A stretch of 64,000 bases of DNA, from the NCBI GenBank assembly GCA_030704615.1, contig CM060731.1:21204001-21268000 (forward strand), read 5' to 3'. A program made the translations under genes and the position numbers. The notes beneath the pieces were generated by a model. That model was not told the DNA's origin. It did not search any database and was given only the letters and a program-made list of their open reading frames with translations. The DNA is from Takakia lepidozioides. Its lineage: Eukaryota > Plantae > Bryophyta. Shown here one piece after another: positions 39,780-52,988 of the stretch (position 1 is the first letter of the stretch; each line of letters opens with the position of its first letter).

Positions 39780-42700
39780 TGTCGCGCACCTCACTTCGGT
39801 AAGCTCCCCCTCAAGTCATAGTTACTCGCTTTGATGCGCGCGCCTGACTCCCAACCTGGCCGCCGGGCCAACTTGGAGCTTCGGCTGCTCACCGGGGCAT
39901 AACGGTCCCCCTTTGTTCTCCCAAAGAACCCTCCACCGATTTGGAACCAGCGGGAATTCCCTTTGGTAGTGGCAGTCCGGAACAGCTCCCCACTCTTTGG
40001 TCGCTTTCCAGCTCGCTTGCTTACTCACTAGTTTTTGGTCACCAACGGGCTTGCACCGTTCTCGGGGTTACTACTCCCTATATATACTTCTGTAGCTGTC
40101 CGCGGGGGTTTCACAACCAGCCATGCCATTTTATGGCGAACCACCACGAAAACCCTCGACTCCCGGTGATGAGTCGCGGTGAGTCTTGGCCCACTCATCA
40201 CGGCCCTTATGGACCGTGATGAGTCCCAAGACTCCCCACGACTCCCACCACGAGGTCTCCACCCCCATGGTGAGTCCTATGCCACCCCCACTAAGTCCCG
40301 CTAAGCTACCACCACCCTTTGTGGAGCCACCCCCACTGCAACCCGGTGTGCGGGGCTCCAACTAGTGAGCGCCTCCGCCTCTTTGAGTGCCTTGGGCACT
40401 CAAGGGTGCTTCAGCCCCCCGTACCTATCGCTGCCACTGCCCCCACCACAGGGGCAGCCCCTCATGTGTCCCGACCCCCTGCCCTCAAGGCAAAGGGCCG
40501 CGACACACACCCCTACCAACAGGGAGTCAATGTCCTCATCGACTTGTCCATTTTGTAGAAACAAACATCCAAGTTGTGGCGTCCCACATCAAGGAGTTTG
40601 TTTCCGTACCATGGCGTCCCATGGCAAAGAACCAAACCCCACACTTGACTCTACTCTCCACTAGCTAGTTCGACCGACTTCCTCCAAGTCCCGCCCAAGG
40701 GTGGAGCCTCTCCAGCTCCTCCCAGTGCACTCTTCTTGGCCTACTTCAAGGCCAAGGAACGATCCTCCCCGAGGATCGAATCGCCTTACTGCAACAACAT
40801 TGCTTGCGATCGCTCATGATGCCGCTTTTGGCATCACCTTGAGCAAGGGTTCACCTGGAACCCTCTTTGACTAGGAAGATAACCTTGAACCAACCGTGCG
40901 CCCCAATCACTACAATTGGGTCCGCCTTGGAATGCTGGCCTGAGGTACGGGAACACGCCGAAGCCGCACTACGACTTCGTCCCGAGGCTACACGATTATA
41001 GTACGTGAACGGAAGCACGTAGCTTCCACGTTAGCCCGCACTACAAGGCAACCCCCTCGGTAGCGCAGTTATAGTACGCGCACGCGCCAGGTGCGCACTA
41101 GCACGTGAACTCCCAAAGAAGGCGCAAGTTTCCTTGCCCCTTGGATGGGGGTCACCCGATTTCGGCACTACGCAAACACACGATTAAGCCAATTTATCTC
41201 TCCCACTTTTATAAGCTAGCATGCATTCTACACACTAGCCAACCATACCATGCATCACCATTCCAAACAAAATAGGGCGCACAACATTTGGAAGCCATTT
41301 CATTTATAGCACGTTTTGTACAATACAAGTTTTTGCAATCGGATTCCTAAGCTAGCTAAGCCGGGCTAAGCATGCATTTCCTCCCCCACGCTCCAAGGTT
41401 GATGTCCCCATCAACGCTTCTTCCGCTTTTGAGGTCGCCCTTCGAAAGCTGCAACCGCCTCGGATGCGTTTCCCATTTCTGAGGCACGCACCCAAGATGC
41501 CTCCACATGATGATAGCCCTTCCATTTGACGAGATACTCCGTTTCTCGGTTCCTGAACCTCCTCGACTTAAGTATTGCCTCCACCTCGTACTCAGGTTCA
41601 TTTTCATGATCCAACAGCATAGGCGGCGGACGCAACACTTGATGCCGATTCGGACGCGCTTCATCTTTGAAGTAAGGCTTCAAAAGGGATACATGGAATA
41701 CTGGGTGCACCTTACTGTTTGCCGGCAGCTCCAATTCATACACATCATCATTCATAACCTTCTGAATGCGAAAGGGTCCTGCATACGGAGGTACGAACTT
41801 CGGACTCACTTCCGGAGGTAGTCGGAAATTCTTGATGTTCAACCAGACCTCTGTACCTGCCTCAAACTTCACTTCCCTCCGCTTTCGATTCGCCTGCCTT
41901 TCATACCGTTTCCTAGCTTTGGCAATGTTGTACTTTGCGAGCTTCAACAAACGCTCGCGTTCTTCCAGTACCGCCGCTACTGCCGGTTCCTCAACGTCCT
42001 GGGCGGCCCAACTTGTCGGCACCAGAGGTGCTTTTCCATAGACCAATACAAAAGGGGAAACTCCCGTTGCGGAGTGTTCTGTGTTATTATAACAGAACTC
42101 TGCCGCGTCTAAGTGTTCCACCCAGTCTGTTTGGTCTGCCGACACGTAATTCCGCAAGATCTGCTTCACTACGGAATTCACTCTTTCTGTTTGGCCGTCG
42201 GTCGTAGGTCGGAAGGCGGTGCTCATCTTCAGCCTCGTCCTCATCTTCTTCCAAAGTGCCCTCCAAAATTTACTCCTAAACTTTGGATCGCGGTCCGAGA
42301 CAATATCCTTCGGGACTCCATGATGCTTTAAGACATGGGCGAAGTAAAAGTCGCCCTGTCTCCTGCGCCGTTGCCGTCTCCTTGGTGGGGATGAAATGGC
42401 CCATTTTACTGAACCTATCCACCACCACCATGATTGCATCGAATCCTTTTGACAGCGGCATAGCAGTCATGAAATCCATCGAGACGCTTTCCCAAGTCCC
42501 CTCTGGAATCGGCAAGGGTTGTAACAGCCCCGCTTGCTTTTTGTACTCGCTCCGGTTTTGTTGGCATGTGGTGCATGTCTTGACATACTCCTCTACCTCC
42601 TCCCTCAGTTTGGGCCAGAAATACTCTTTCTTCAGGAGTGCCGCAGTGCGTTTGGCTCCGCCGTGGCCCGCAAGCGGGCTATCATGGCATTCTCTCAAGA

Positions 42701-43850
42701 GGCTATCTCTGATCCCTCCCTTTGGCACGTAGAGACGTTTTTGCTTATACCGGAGCAGTCCATTTTGCAAGTGGAACTGCGATTTAACTCCCATCCTCAA
42801 GTCCTGCATCACGGACTTTGCCAGCTCATCCTTCCGGCAAGCCTTCCGGATCTTCCTTTGGAGCGCTGTCTCGCCCCTATACACCAACAGGAGCTGCTGC
42901 TTTCTACTTAAAGCATCAGCCACCACATTGTCCCGTCCCGGTTTGTACTGGATATCCACGTCGAACACCGCCAAAGTATCTTGCCACCTAAGTTGTTTTG
43001 GGGACAACTTGGGCTGCGTGGCAAAATACTTCACTGTGACATTGTCCGTGAACACCTTCACTGGGTTGGAACCAACATAGTGGCGCCAAAGCTCAAGGCA
43101 ATGCACCACCGCCTTCATCTCTTTTTCGTGCGTCGGCCACCGTCGCTCCACTTCATTCAGTTTCTTACTTTCGTAAGCCATTGGACGTCCATCTTGCATA
43201 AGTACACCCCCAATCGCGAAGTCCGACGCATCTGTATGAATCTCAAATGGACGATCGAACTCCGGGATTTTCAAGACTGGAGCTTCCGCCATCCGCTGCT
43301 TCAATTCAGCAAAAGCTTGGCCACAAAATGTGTTCCATACCCAGACTTTGGATTTACACAGAAGGTCCGACAGCGGCCCCGCGATCTTGGCGAAATTTAT
43401 CACATACTTCCGGTAATAGGAGGCGAGTCCTAGGAAGGATCGCACTCCCGGGACCAAAGTCGGAGGCTCCCAGTCCAAGATCGCCCTCACCTTTCTGTCA
43501 TCCATTTTGATCCCATCCTGTGTAATCACATGCCCCAGGAACTCCACTTTTGTGACCCCGAATTCGCACTTTGAAGCTTTGGCATACAGCTTCCCTTCTC
43601 GCAATTTTTGGAACACCCTTTTTAGGTGCTCCAGGTGTTCTTCCTTTGTTTTCGAGTACACCAAGATGTCGTCGACGTACACGATCACAAAGTCATCCAA
43701 CCACTCCTGGAAAAGGCTGTTCATCAGCTTGCTAAATGTCGCTGGTGCATTGGTGAGCCCAAAAGGCATCAGCAAGAACTCATATGAACCATACCTTGTC
43801 CTGCACGCGGTCTTCTCCTCATCTCCTTCTGATAAGTTGTAAGTAATTTT
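39780..43850 (-). mobile_element. 5'-truncated Galadriel-like chromovirus (RT-RNaseH-integrase-chromodomain plus 3' LTR ending at 39780)
   Basis: pol motifs (next feature), purine-rich PPT candidate at 41377-41390 on the minus strand, CA terminus at 39780. Confidence 0.9.
41411..43850 (-). pseudogene. pol: RT (YVDD), RNase H, integrase and chromodomain; frameshift at ~42345
   Basis: [86 protein letters not shown], and EYEVEAIL..EYLVKWKGY..ASW. Confidence 0.95.
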
Positions 43851-43879
43851 ATCAAGGTCCTCCAATGACGTGAGTTCAT

Positions 43880-44290
43880 GAAAGCCAATGTACCGCATCC
43901 ATTCTCAACATATCCAGCTATCAGTGTATTCCATGAGATCCCAACTCGTTTAAGCATTTCATCAAACACATGGCGTGCACCATTCAAGCTCCCGCATTTG
44001 GCATACATGGCAGAAAAGGCAGTCTTCAGATTGACATCTTGCATAATGCTAGCTTTGATGATAACAACATGAAACTCTTTGCCTGATACCTCAGAGAACA
44101 TGTAAATGCCTGGCAGCCTATTTACAAGTTTGAGGCTGGAGACAGGAACATCTGAAACATTGAAACTGTTCATCCAACCACCTGTACTCCAATTCAGCTG
44201 GGTATTGTTCAGAACGGCATTTGGTACATTTCCAGCTTTGATAATGTCGCCATGGACCAGAGCTGCCATATTGCTTGCTTGATCATAGGA
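43880..44290 (-). pseudogene. PLS-class PPR gene fragment abutting the truncated RT
   Basis: GKEFHVVIIKA...[32 protein letters not shown]. Confidence 0.75.
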
Positions 44291-45285
44291 CTCCACGACA
44301 TTTGTAAAAATTCCAGCTTGGACATGGCCAGTCAATTTGGGATTTTGGCCTGTCGAGCGGCTTTTACTCACCCATCCCTTCGCTATCCGTGGTGGAAACT
44401 CCAAGATAGAAGAGTTGGATATCTCTAAGCACTCAGCCCGCTCAGAACAATCAGTCATGACCTACAGCTAGTGAATCATGGTTGCGCTTCCTATTTGTAT
44501 TCCCTCTTGCCTTCATGTTATCAATTTACCTTACTGTGTATACTGAAGCATCAGATTGCTTCAGTATCTATCAAGTTCCAGTCAATCATTCATTCATTCC
44601 ACAGCTTTTTCATGTCTCTCTACACAACATGATTGTATTGATTAAGTATCAGATTAAGATTAATCAGGTATCAGGCCAATGCCATGACGTTCCTAATCTA
44701 CCTTACTGTATGATTCTACAACTTGCATGAATTAAGCCTCAATCAAGTCATCATCTCCTCTTCACTGTTCCGCTCTCCGTTTTGTCTCCTCTTCCCCTGA
44801 CCAAGTCGCGCTCCTCAAGAAGTGATCCCCTTCCTGTTGCCGCCCTGCTTAATCTACCCGCAAGTTGTTCTAACCACCTATTTAACTAACTGTCACCCCT
44901 GAAGTAACACGTTCCCTCTGCAGATGTCGTTCCCACATAGACGTTCCCTGTCAATGATAACCGTCCCCTATGTACGCTGTGACAGGTTGTGCCAAGCTGT
45001 GTCGAGCTGTGTCTGTGCCGAGCTGTGACTGGCTATGTAAAGCTGTGTCAGGCTGTGACTGGCTTGTGCGAAGCTGTGACTGGCTGTGATTGGCTGTGTC
45101 GGGTTGTTTAACCCCCCCCCTAAAGCCTGCGTCTGTCACCCCTAAGGCTTCTGTTGGTCTCAGTCCACCATCCGTAAGTCTGCACAAAAATTAAGGGTAC
45201 CCCACAAAACCCGTAAAAGCGTCTAAGTCTCAAACAGCCCTCTAACATTACCCCTCCCTCTCTCAAAAAGCCGTGTCCTCACGGT

Positions 45286-48200
45286 TTACTGTTTAGGATC
45301 AGCAAACCTTTGTGAGCGAGCACCCTTCTGACGGTGAGAGTCTCGTGAAGGACTCCGTGTGCGAGCTCGAGCCCTGTCACTGGCTGATGGAGGCGATTGA
45401 GCACTACCTGGAAATGTCGGACCCTCCTTTGGTTGATAACGAGGTAACCTCTCACGCATAGGAGATCCCCGTCGTTTCTTCTCTGCCATCTGGAGTGCAT
45501 AATCCTCTGCCGTGTCAAAAGAGTCCTCGGAAGAAGCAGTAGTATCAGAATCATCGTCCCCCCTTAGGTGTTTTAACGGCTGGATTTTAAGTGGCTTCTC
45601 CGGAATCCTGCGTGGCATACAATGTTGGCCCACCATGTTTGGAAGCATAAACTGTACGACTTGCTGTAAGCATGTGCAAGCAAAATGAGTGAACACCCTG
45701 AACTTCTTAGCCGTATATGTGAGAGGTGTGCCAATGACTTTGGAACAATGTAAGTATTTCCAGGCTTCATGTCCCTTATAGAAAACATCATCAGGGCCAA
45801 ATTTCTCTATTGCCAAGTTGTTCCAAGCCAAATTAAACCATGAACGAAGTTGGGAATCCTTCTGCATCATAACTTTTGCATCATACATGTATATATGAGG
45901 TGGCACTAAAGGTAAGACCCAATGATCCCCACTAGAATAACTCAGAAATCGTGATTGCATCTTCTGCTGCTCAACGTGATAACGTGCCATGAAACAAGCA
46001 GCATAGTATACTCCACAGCCCATGACAATACTAGATACCTCCTTGGTCTTAGTATAGATGTGCCCATGTACAACTTGGAAGGCAATTAATTCCTTCAGCA
46101 TGGTGCCTGCCTCAGACCAGTACCTTGCAAAGTGATGATCCTCAATGGGTCGATTAACCTTGGTCCGAGTTGCCACTGGCAACCAAATACGCATGATCTG
46201 GTAGTAATGTGCCAACGACTGCAGAGGACTAAATTCCTTCCAAGCCAAATCCAGCACAATGAGAATTTGGTTGAAGGGCATAATCATAGCCCGACTATAC
46301 TCCCGTGCAGCAGGAGTCCTAGGTGGGTTAAAAGCAGCATCCCCACAAACTTCAGGCTGTGGCTTTGCTATAGTAGCAACAGTGTCAACCACCGGCACAG
46401 CCACCTGCTGTGGAGGCTGTGATATTGCCACCACTGGCCCTTCTACCACTGGCAACTCCTGCACCTCCTGCGAAGAAGACTGAAAAATCAGAGTTCTGGC
46501 TTACAAATAAGTAGCCACCAGCTGCTCCTCAGGAACAAGGACTCTTTTGTCAATGTTCGAGCTCAAGTCATTCACTTGAGTCTACAGCCCTTCTACATCA
46601 TCCTGCAACTCAGCTATTCTACTATAGACATTGTCTATAGTAGTTGTGGCAATGTTCTGGACCTGCAGCCTTCATCTCTCCTTGGGTGAGCTTCCTTGGG
46701 GCTTTGCCTTTTACCGGCCCCTGTGCCAACCATACTTGCATAAGGTGATTATCCACCAAGTCCTGTGTGACACCCCTGAGAGTCTGCTCCTCCTTGAGTC
46801 CGTACAGATCTATCTGCTGCTGTAAAGCCTGCATGCGCTTTGCATAAGGTTCAACCAGGGCCGCATAGGCAGCAGCCAAATTATTGGTTTCCTTCCAAGC
46901 CTTGTTAGCCACAGAGAGTTCATTCTTATGGACCATGAGTGTTTGCTGCATCTCCAGGATGTACCTCTCTTTCTCAACCTCAACCTGACTGTACTGTAGG
47001 AAAGTATTCTCATTGCGACGTATTGTAGCCTTCAAATCAACAATGAGTTTCCCTTGCTCTATTATCTCAGCTTCTACCATCATACATCTCTCTCCTTGTC
47101 TGTTAACTTCCAATGCAGTTTGCTCTAGAGCAGTTGTTAGTGTGGCACATTATATGGTCATTCTCTGATGAACTGCCTCCAACTCTGTATGTAGCACGTT
47201 CACTTCCTGCAACTTGTCCTCATGCTTCACGTGCAATTGGTATAACTGTTGCTTATGTGCTTCATGCAACTTGTCCTGCTTGAGACCTGCTTCAATCAAA
47301 TTTGCCTTAGCCAACTGCAAGGCAGCCTTTGTGTCCTCCAATTCTTTTTGCAACTTGAGGTTGGCCTCTTCATCTACCTTGTTTGCACACTCGGTGGCAA
47401 TTCTAGCCTCAAAAAGCTCCTTCTTGAGTTCCTCCCTCAAAGCTGCCAATTGTGTAGATGGAACATGGGATTTCACATAAGTGCCCAACAAATTGAGTGT
47501 CATGCTTATGGAACTCATAAGCATGGCCTGCTGTGGGTCGTTATGGTGAACTTGTTGCTGTTCTCCCTGATCCTCCATAGTGTGATGATTCACCAACCAT
47601 TCAGGCCATGTTCCCACCAGATCCTCTTCCTAAATGACCTCTTCCTCCACAGGTGCTGCAGTGCTCCTACACTCCACTCCTGGAACCTCCGCCACAGGTT
47701 TGGGTATTACATGTTCAGCAAGGATTTCCCTGGACAGACTCTGCACCTCTAGTACCACTGATCCCCTGACCAAACCAGAGTTTTCATAGAGAAGGTCACC
47801 CTTCTCAATTTCTGCCACGACCTGCTCTGTAGTGGGAATGTCCAACCCTTCTCCTTCCAGAGCAATAGGCTCTGGTACATCAGCATGTTCTAACTGAGGA
47901 ACCTCCAAGTCAATTGGCTGTGATGGCTGTGGTACCGAAGTGACTTCTTCTTCCCTCTCCAAAGGTCGTGCTTCCAGTAATAACAGCCCTCTGTGCTGCT
48001 GTGCCCCATCCTGCACAAAAACTATGGAAACATCATCTTGCGGTTTTCTTGAAGCCAGTGGATCCGCCACTGCAATCATATCCCGCTTTTGTCTCTTAAA
48101 CTGGTGTTGCCTCGCCATTCCACCTTCACTATGTGAAGAGCCATGCTCTTCAATTGCAGTGGTTGCTGCCTCAAACACTCCCATCTCCTTACGTTCTCGC

Positions 48201-48820
48201 GCATCAAGTATGCAAGAGTCAAGAATAATTTGGGCAATGACTGGGCCAGACACAATGATCGGAGACTTAGCAGCAGTGCCCTGCAACCTCTTCATCTCTT
48301 CCACCAGACCATTGTACATTAACTCTACCCAAACTACATCCTCTCCCCTCAAAGCTCTTAATATCTCCTCTGTGAATGATCTGCTCAAATATTGTTGGTT
48401 CTGTTTCATGGCAAACAGAACGTTCAATATTTGGCCAACTTCCTTGAGCCCTGGGTACTCGGCTTTGGTGCAAGCGTAACCTTGAGTCTTAAGGAAACTC
48501 CCTTCTTGGAACAAATTCCCTATCTGCAATCTTGCCCTGTGCTCATCCACATCCACATGACCCGATGGCAAATCGAACAATTGCTGCAAGTACTAGGGAG
48601 TAATTTCTATATCTAGTCCCCTCACCTGGGTAACTCCTGTCTGAGGCTCAAAGTTCTGAATCATATACTGCCGATGATGCAAGGACCAGCCCTTGCGTAG
48701 CAGCCCCTCCAATCGCAACTCCCTCAGCAGCTGCATTGCCTGTGGTGTAGCAATTGTTTGCTTCTACAAAATCGTGGCGCTCTTCACCCTGATATCCCCC
48801 ATTCCCCTCACTCTCTTCAT
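45286..48820 (-). pseudogene. Extra ORF (~1100 aa before disruption) of unknown function, with a central coiled coil, between integrase and 3' LTR
   Basis: Consecutive same-strand ORFs 48589-47630, 47617-47150, 47113-46622 and 46464-45286, separated by stops or frameshifts. Confidence 0.65.
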
Positions 48821-49604
48821 TCTAGACAAACAAAAAGGCCTTGTTTGAAACAGCTGTAGGAAAGCTTGCAGGGCACATAGCATAAAGGTATGGTTGGCAC
48901 AGAATGGAACGGGTAAGTGCGTGTAAGCCCATGGGGCTTGCAAATATCGAGTGAGAGAGAATGTACTCTCAACCTGTCCATCCTTGCGCCACTGCGTGAG
49001 AAGTAAAGCTAATGTGTAATCCGTAATTTCCACCATAGCTACAAAGCTATAGCTTTGATTGCCCCTCCTGTCGAGACGCTGGTTATTCAGAGCCACCCCG
49101 ACTCCTGCGCTCATAACCCTGCTAATTTCTTGTTCTTGTTTCTTGGAGGAAACCACCTGTATGTAATTCCCGCTCGTGATTGGCTGTTGCCTCCTTGGGT
49201 AACTTCCTAATTTAACTCCCCTCAGTGGCCTTTCCCCCCTGGAACGTCCACTAGGACACACGTGTGGCAAAAGTCCCCCTTTTCTGTACTCGTAAAGGGT
49301 TCCGTTACCCTTGCCCTGAATGCATTAATGGGCCCACAAATAGTTTGGGTTGATGTACCGGGTAGGTACTTTGACGGCCCAATTTGTCTTCTTGCATGAT
49401 GACACCCGCTTTTGCAATATATGCACTGCGGTGTGCTTCGCCCTGGCAACCACGTGTTTGTTTCTAGACCTGCCCCCGTCTTCCCCTATCCGTGTGGCAC
49501 ACTCTCCGAGTTTGACTTCCAAGCTGTCTTTTCACCCACCGGCCACTTTTCGGACGTTAACCCACGTCCACCTGTCACTGACCCTATGGACTGTGTAACC
49601 CGCG

Positions 49605-49810
49605 TGGGTTGTGTTGGGCTGTGACAGGCTGTGTCAAACTGTGACGAGCTGTGATAGGCTGTGTGACACTGTGGGTGGCTGCGATCGACTGCGTGGCACT
49701 GTGGTGGGCTGTGATAGGCTGTGTGATGTTGTAATGGGCTGTGATAAGCTGTGTGATGCTGTGATGGGTTGTGATAAGCTGTGTGATGTTGTGGTGGGTT
49801 GTGATAACTG
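49605..49810. repeat. ~30-bp tandem repeat (GCTGTGATAGGCTGTGTGATGTTGT..), related to 44976-45100
   Basis: About seven units by inspection. Confidence 0.85.
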
Positions 49811-50099
49811 TGCGGACACCCATGTTCTTCGCTCAGGCCATACACATTCGGTTTTACGACAAGTGCTTCATGCTCCGTTGGTATTACCGGTGCAGCCCGT
49901 GACTGTTTCTGTGTTTCAACATGCAAATCATGCTGCAATGGTTTGTCATGGATACCACTATATCCCTTCAACTTATTGGCATTGACTCTTCCCAGCATCT
50001 CTTTGTTAATGGTTTGTAACATGGCGGTGTTGTTATCATACATCTTTTGTATGACATAAGGTCATTTCCATGGAGATTTAAGCTTAGAAGCTTTGAGTT

Positions 50100-52800
50100 G
50101 CACCCAAGCCAGTTCTAAGGGAACAATGGTGGCCGGGGGCGAGGTGGAGCAGCCCAGAGAGGACGAGGTGGCCAGGCACGAGGTGCAGGCCAAGGGCAAG
50201 CTCAACATGGCCAAGGACACGGAGGTCAAGGTGGTGACCAAGGCATGGCCAACCGGCTTCAGCAGCTAGAGCAGAGGCTCACTGCCATGACCACAGCTCA
50301 GGTGGTACTGGCTCCAAGGCCGGATGGTCCACCTCCTGCTCCTGAGAGAGGAGACATGGGAGGCATGTGATTCATGTGCGGGGCAGGACTACCACTAGTG
50401 AGGGGAGCCACTACCACTACCACTGTGGGTGGGGCACCACTACCACTATGTGCTGGGCAGCACTACCACTACCACTATGTGCGGGGCAGGACTACCACTA
50501 GTGCAAGTGGAGTCAGCTGCGGTAGTGACTCGAGGAGCAGCACGAGTTCTTGAGCCACGGGGTGCGGAGGTGGAGTTGGATCCACAACGTGGGGAGGCAA
50601 GCCGTCAGGCCAGGCTTCCTCAGTCATTCACATTGGCGGAGACAGTGTCGACGCCATCCATGGCACCTAGTTCTCGCCCGACAGTTACCGAGGCGGAGGT
50701 TACTATGCCATTGGGGAGAGCTCCACGGGCAGCATCACTACCTAGTGTTGCCAAAGCTACGGCAGCTAGTGTGCTGCTGGGGGCGGCCACAGCTCTGTGC
50801 CAGGCTCCGTTGTTCTCGGCTACCATGATTGCGACGCCGGGGGTAAGACCAACTGAGGTGTTCACGCTGGTAGCTACACTCTGTGAGAGTGGGGAGGTTA
50901 TTTCATCTTCTGCGGTGATAGTGGGAACCTGGAGGTGTAGTGCCGGAGGGATCCTCGGTGTGAGGGTCAAGACTGCCATGGCGGCGTCATGGCAAGCTGC
51001 AGCTGCCAGGTTGATGGAGCTGTCAGTTAGGCCAGCCATTGAGCGCGCCATGGTGACTTCTGAAGTTGTCATGTTAGACAACTAGGATGGCATTTTCTCT
51101 TTGAGTGGACCGGCAGACAAGAGGTACCGGCCACTACAGGTCTTGATGGACTTGGGAGCTCAGCCATTGATGCTGGGTAGAGTTGCTATTGCAGGCTTGG
51201 GCCTCAAGGAGGCGGACATGGAGCCATGCCTTTTCCAGATACAGACATCTCTGGGACGATTAGAGCAGGCTTGGGGCATGACACGGCGTGAGTTGGCTAT
51301 CCGACTATAGCCGGATCATCCTACAGATGGCTCAGTGATGAGAGCCAAGGCCATTGTGACAGACGCGGTCGCGTACGATGTCCTTGTTGGTGGGGCAGTG
51401 TTGTATCCCATGGGCTTCACCCTGGATTTTTGGGAGGAGTCAGCTTCCTATAGGCCTGGATGGCAGTCAAGGGAGGGCCGGCGTGTGCAGCTCCCTGTGA
51501 CGTTCATAGGAGGAGTTGCGATTGCCCAGCGAGGCAAAATGCCAACACTGGCAGCATTCACAGCTGCAGTGATTTGGCTTGGAGAATTGTTGGATGGCAA
51601 CACTCATTTAGAGGATGTGTCACCTCCGGGAGAGCAAGATGACATGTATGGTATGGCGGAGTTGCCTGCCATAGTTGCTCAGACTCCATTGTGGGGCTCG
51701 AGCAAGGATTTGCAGCGGATTACTGATTATCGTGTGCAACAAGCCTGGGTAGAGGCTTTTGTACCATCAAGAGAGGAGGACAGAGCGGGGATTGCACCAG
51801 GACCACCTCAGTTGTCTCCATTGGACACCACACTGATCGTGTGGTAGTGTCCGAATGAAGGCATTTGCCTTCTGGACTTGTTTGGCGGGATCAGCACCGG
51901 GTTGGCTGCTGTTCTACAAGCAGGTGTACGAGTACGATATTACTTGTATGTGGAGAGGGATGAGACCGCACGACGCGTCTCACTTCATCATGTTGCTCAG
52001 TTGGTGCAGCAGTACCCTGAGTTGTCGTCGGTGTCTGCGGTGCGTGGATATCAGCAGGCCTTGCCAGCAGACATTTCTTTGCTGGGGGCGCAAGATTTGG
52101 AACGGGTTGGCTCCATTGATTTAGTAGTGGCAGGTTGGCCCTGCCAAGGGCATTCATCAGCCGGGCATGACAATGGGTTGCGAGACTCGAGGTCGGGTCT
52201 GTTTTGGGAGCTGGTGCGGGTTTTGCGCCACTTACAGCTTCATCAAGCTGTATCTCCAGCATACATCTTGGAGAATGTGCCACTGATGGGCAATTCTCGG
52301 GCCAGGGTGATGGCCAGTGTGCACCAAGTCCGGTCGTGGCTTGGATCAGTAGTGTTGTTGGATGCAGCTGCAGTGGGGTCACGGGCTCATCGTCCACGGT
52401 TATGGTGGACTAACTTGATGCCACCCGCACTGCTTAAGCGTGCCTTTGATGGGTGCAGCGGCCAGTACACCTCACAGTGGATAGCATTTTGGACACAGAG
52501 AGGCAGTCTCAGCATGTGAGACACGATGACCGTTCGCCTTTGGCAGTGGTCAACAAGGTGGGTCAACCACGAGCAGCACTACCTACACTACTCAGCTTCC
52601 CAGGATCGCATGCTTTCCAGGATAGCGGACCTGGCCTCCTGTGGGATGCTCAGTTGCAACAGTTAGTGGAGCCTAATGCCGACGAGCGAGAGCGGGCTAT
52701 GGGTTTTTCCACTGGGACCACGGCGATGCCTTCCCTTCTGAGGCATCACGTCGTCAGGTGTTGGGGCAAGCAATGGATCTAAATTGCTTGACCTGGATGG
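50100..52800 (+). mobile_element. Retrotransposon polyprotein remnant: gag tail, aspartic protease, C5 DNA methyltransferase; cut off by the MULE insertion
   Basis: RGG-rich gag-like tail, AAVVTRG linker, protease VLMD(L)GAQ...YDVLVGG, then the DNMT in the same frame apart from TAG stops. Confidence 0.7.
51848..52800 (+). pseudogene. C5 cytosine DNA methyltransferase domain embedded in a retrotransposon ORF
   Basis: Motif I LLDLFGGI, II YVERD, IV DLVVAGWPCQ, RSGLFWE, VI YILENV, VIII AHRPRLWWTN, ERERAMGF, X LGQAMD; frameshifts at ~52450 and ~52735. Confidence 0.9.
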
Positions 52801-52988
52801 GGGCTGCTATTTCATGAGCGGCATGAGCATGAGCGGAAAAAAAAAAAAGCATGAGCGGGCCGAATTGTGTCCACGGAAATAGGGTCATGAGGACTCGTCA
52901 TAGCAATGAAATGCAATATTTTATTGCAAATTTGGTGGCAAGCCACGTCTATACAAGTGTGTCCTTACTGTCATAGCAGGAATAGGAA

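Larger units (their letters stand above)
44891..50075 (-). mobile_element. 3' part of a non-chromovirus Ty3/Gypsy element: integrase tail, long extra ORF, PPT and 3' LTR starting at 45247 (distal LTR end uncertain)
   Basis: PYVIQKMYDNNTAMLQ..GRVNANKLK (GPY/F-type integrase tail); PPT GAGAGAGGGAGGGGTAA directly followed by TGTTAG; the same GCTGTGA repeats occur internally and in the LTR. Confidence 0.7.
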
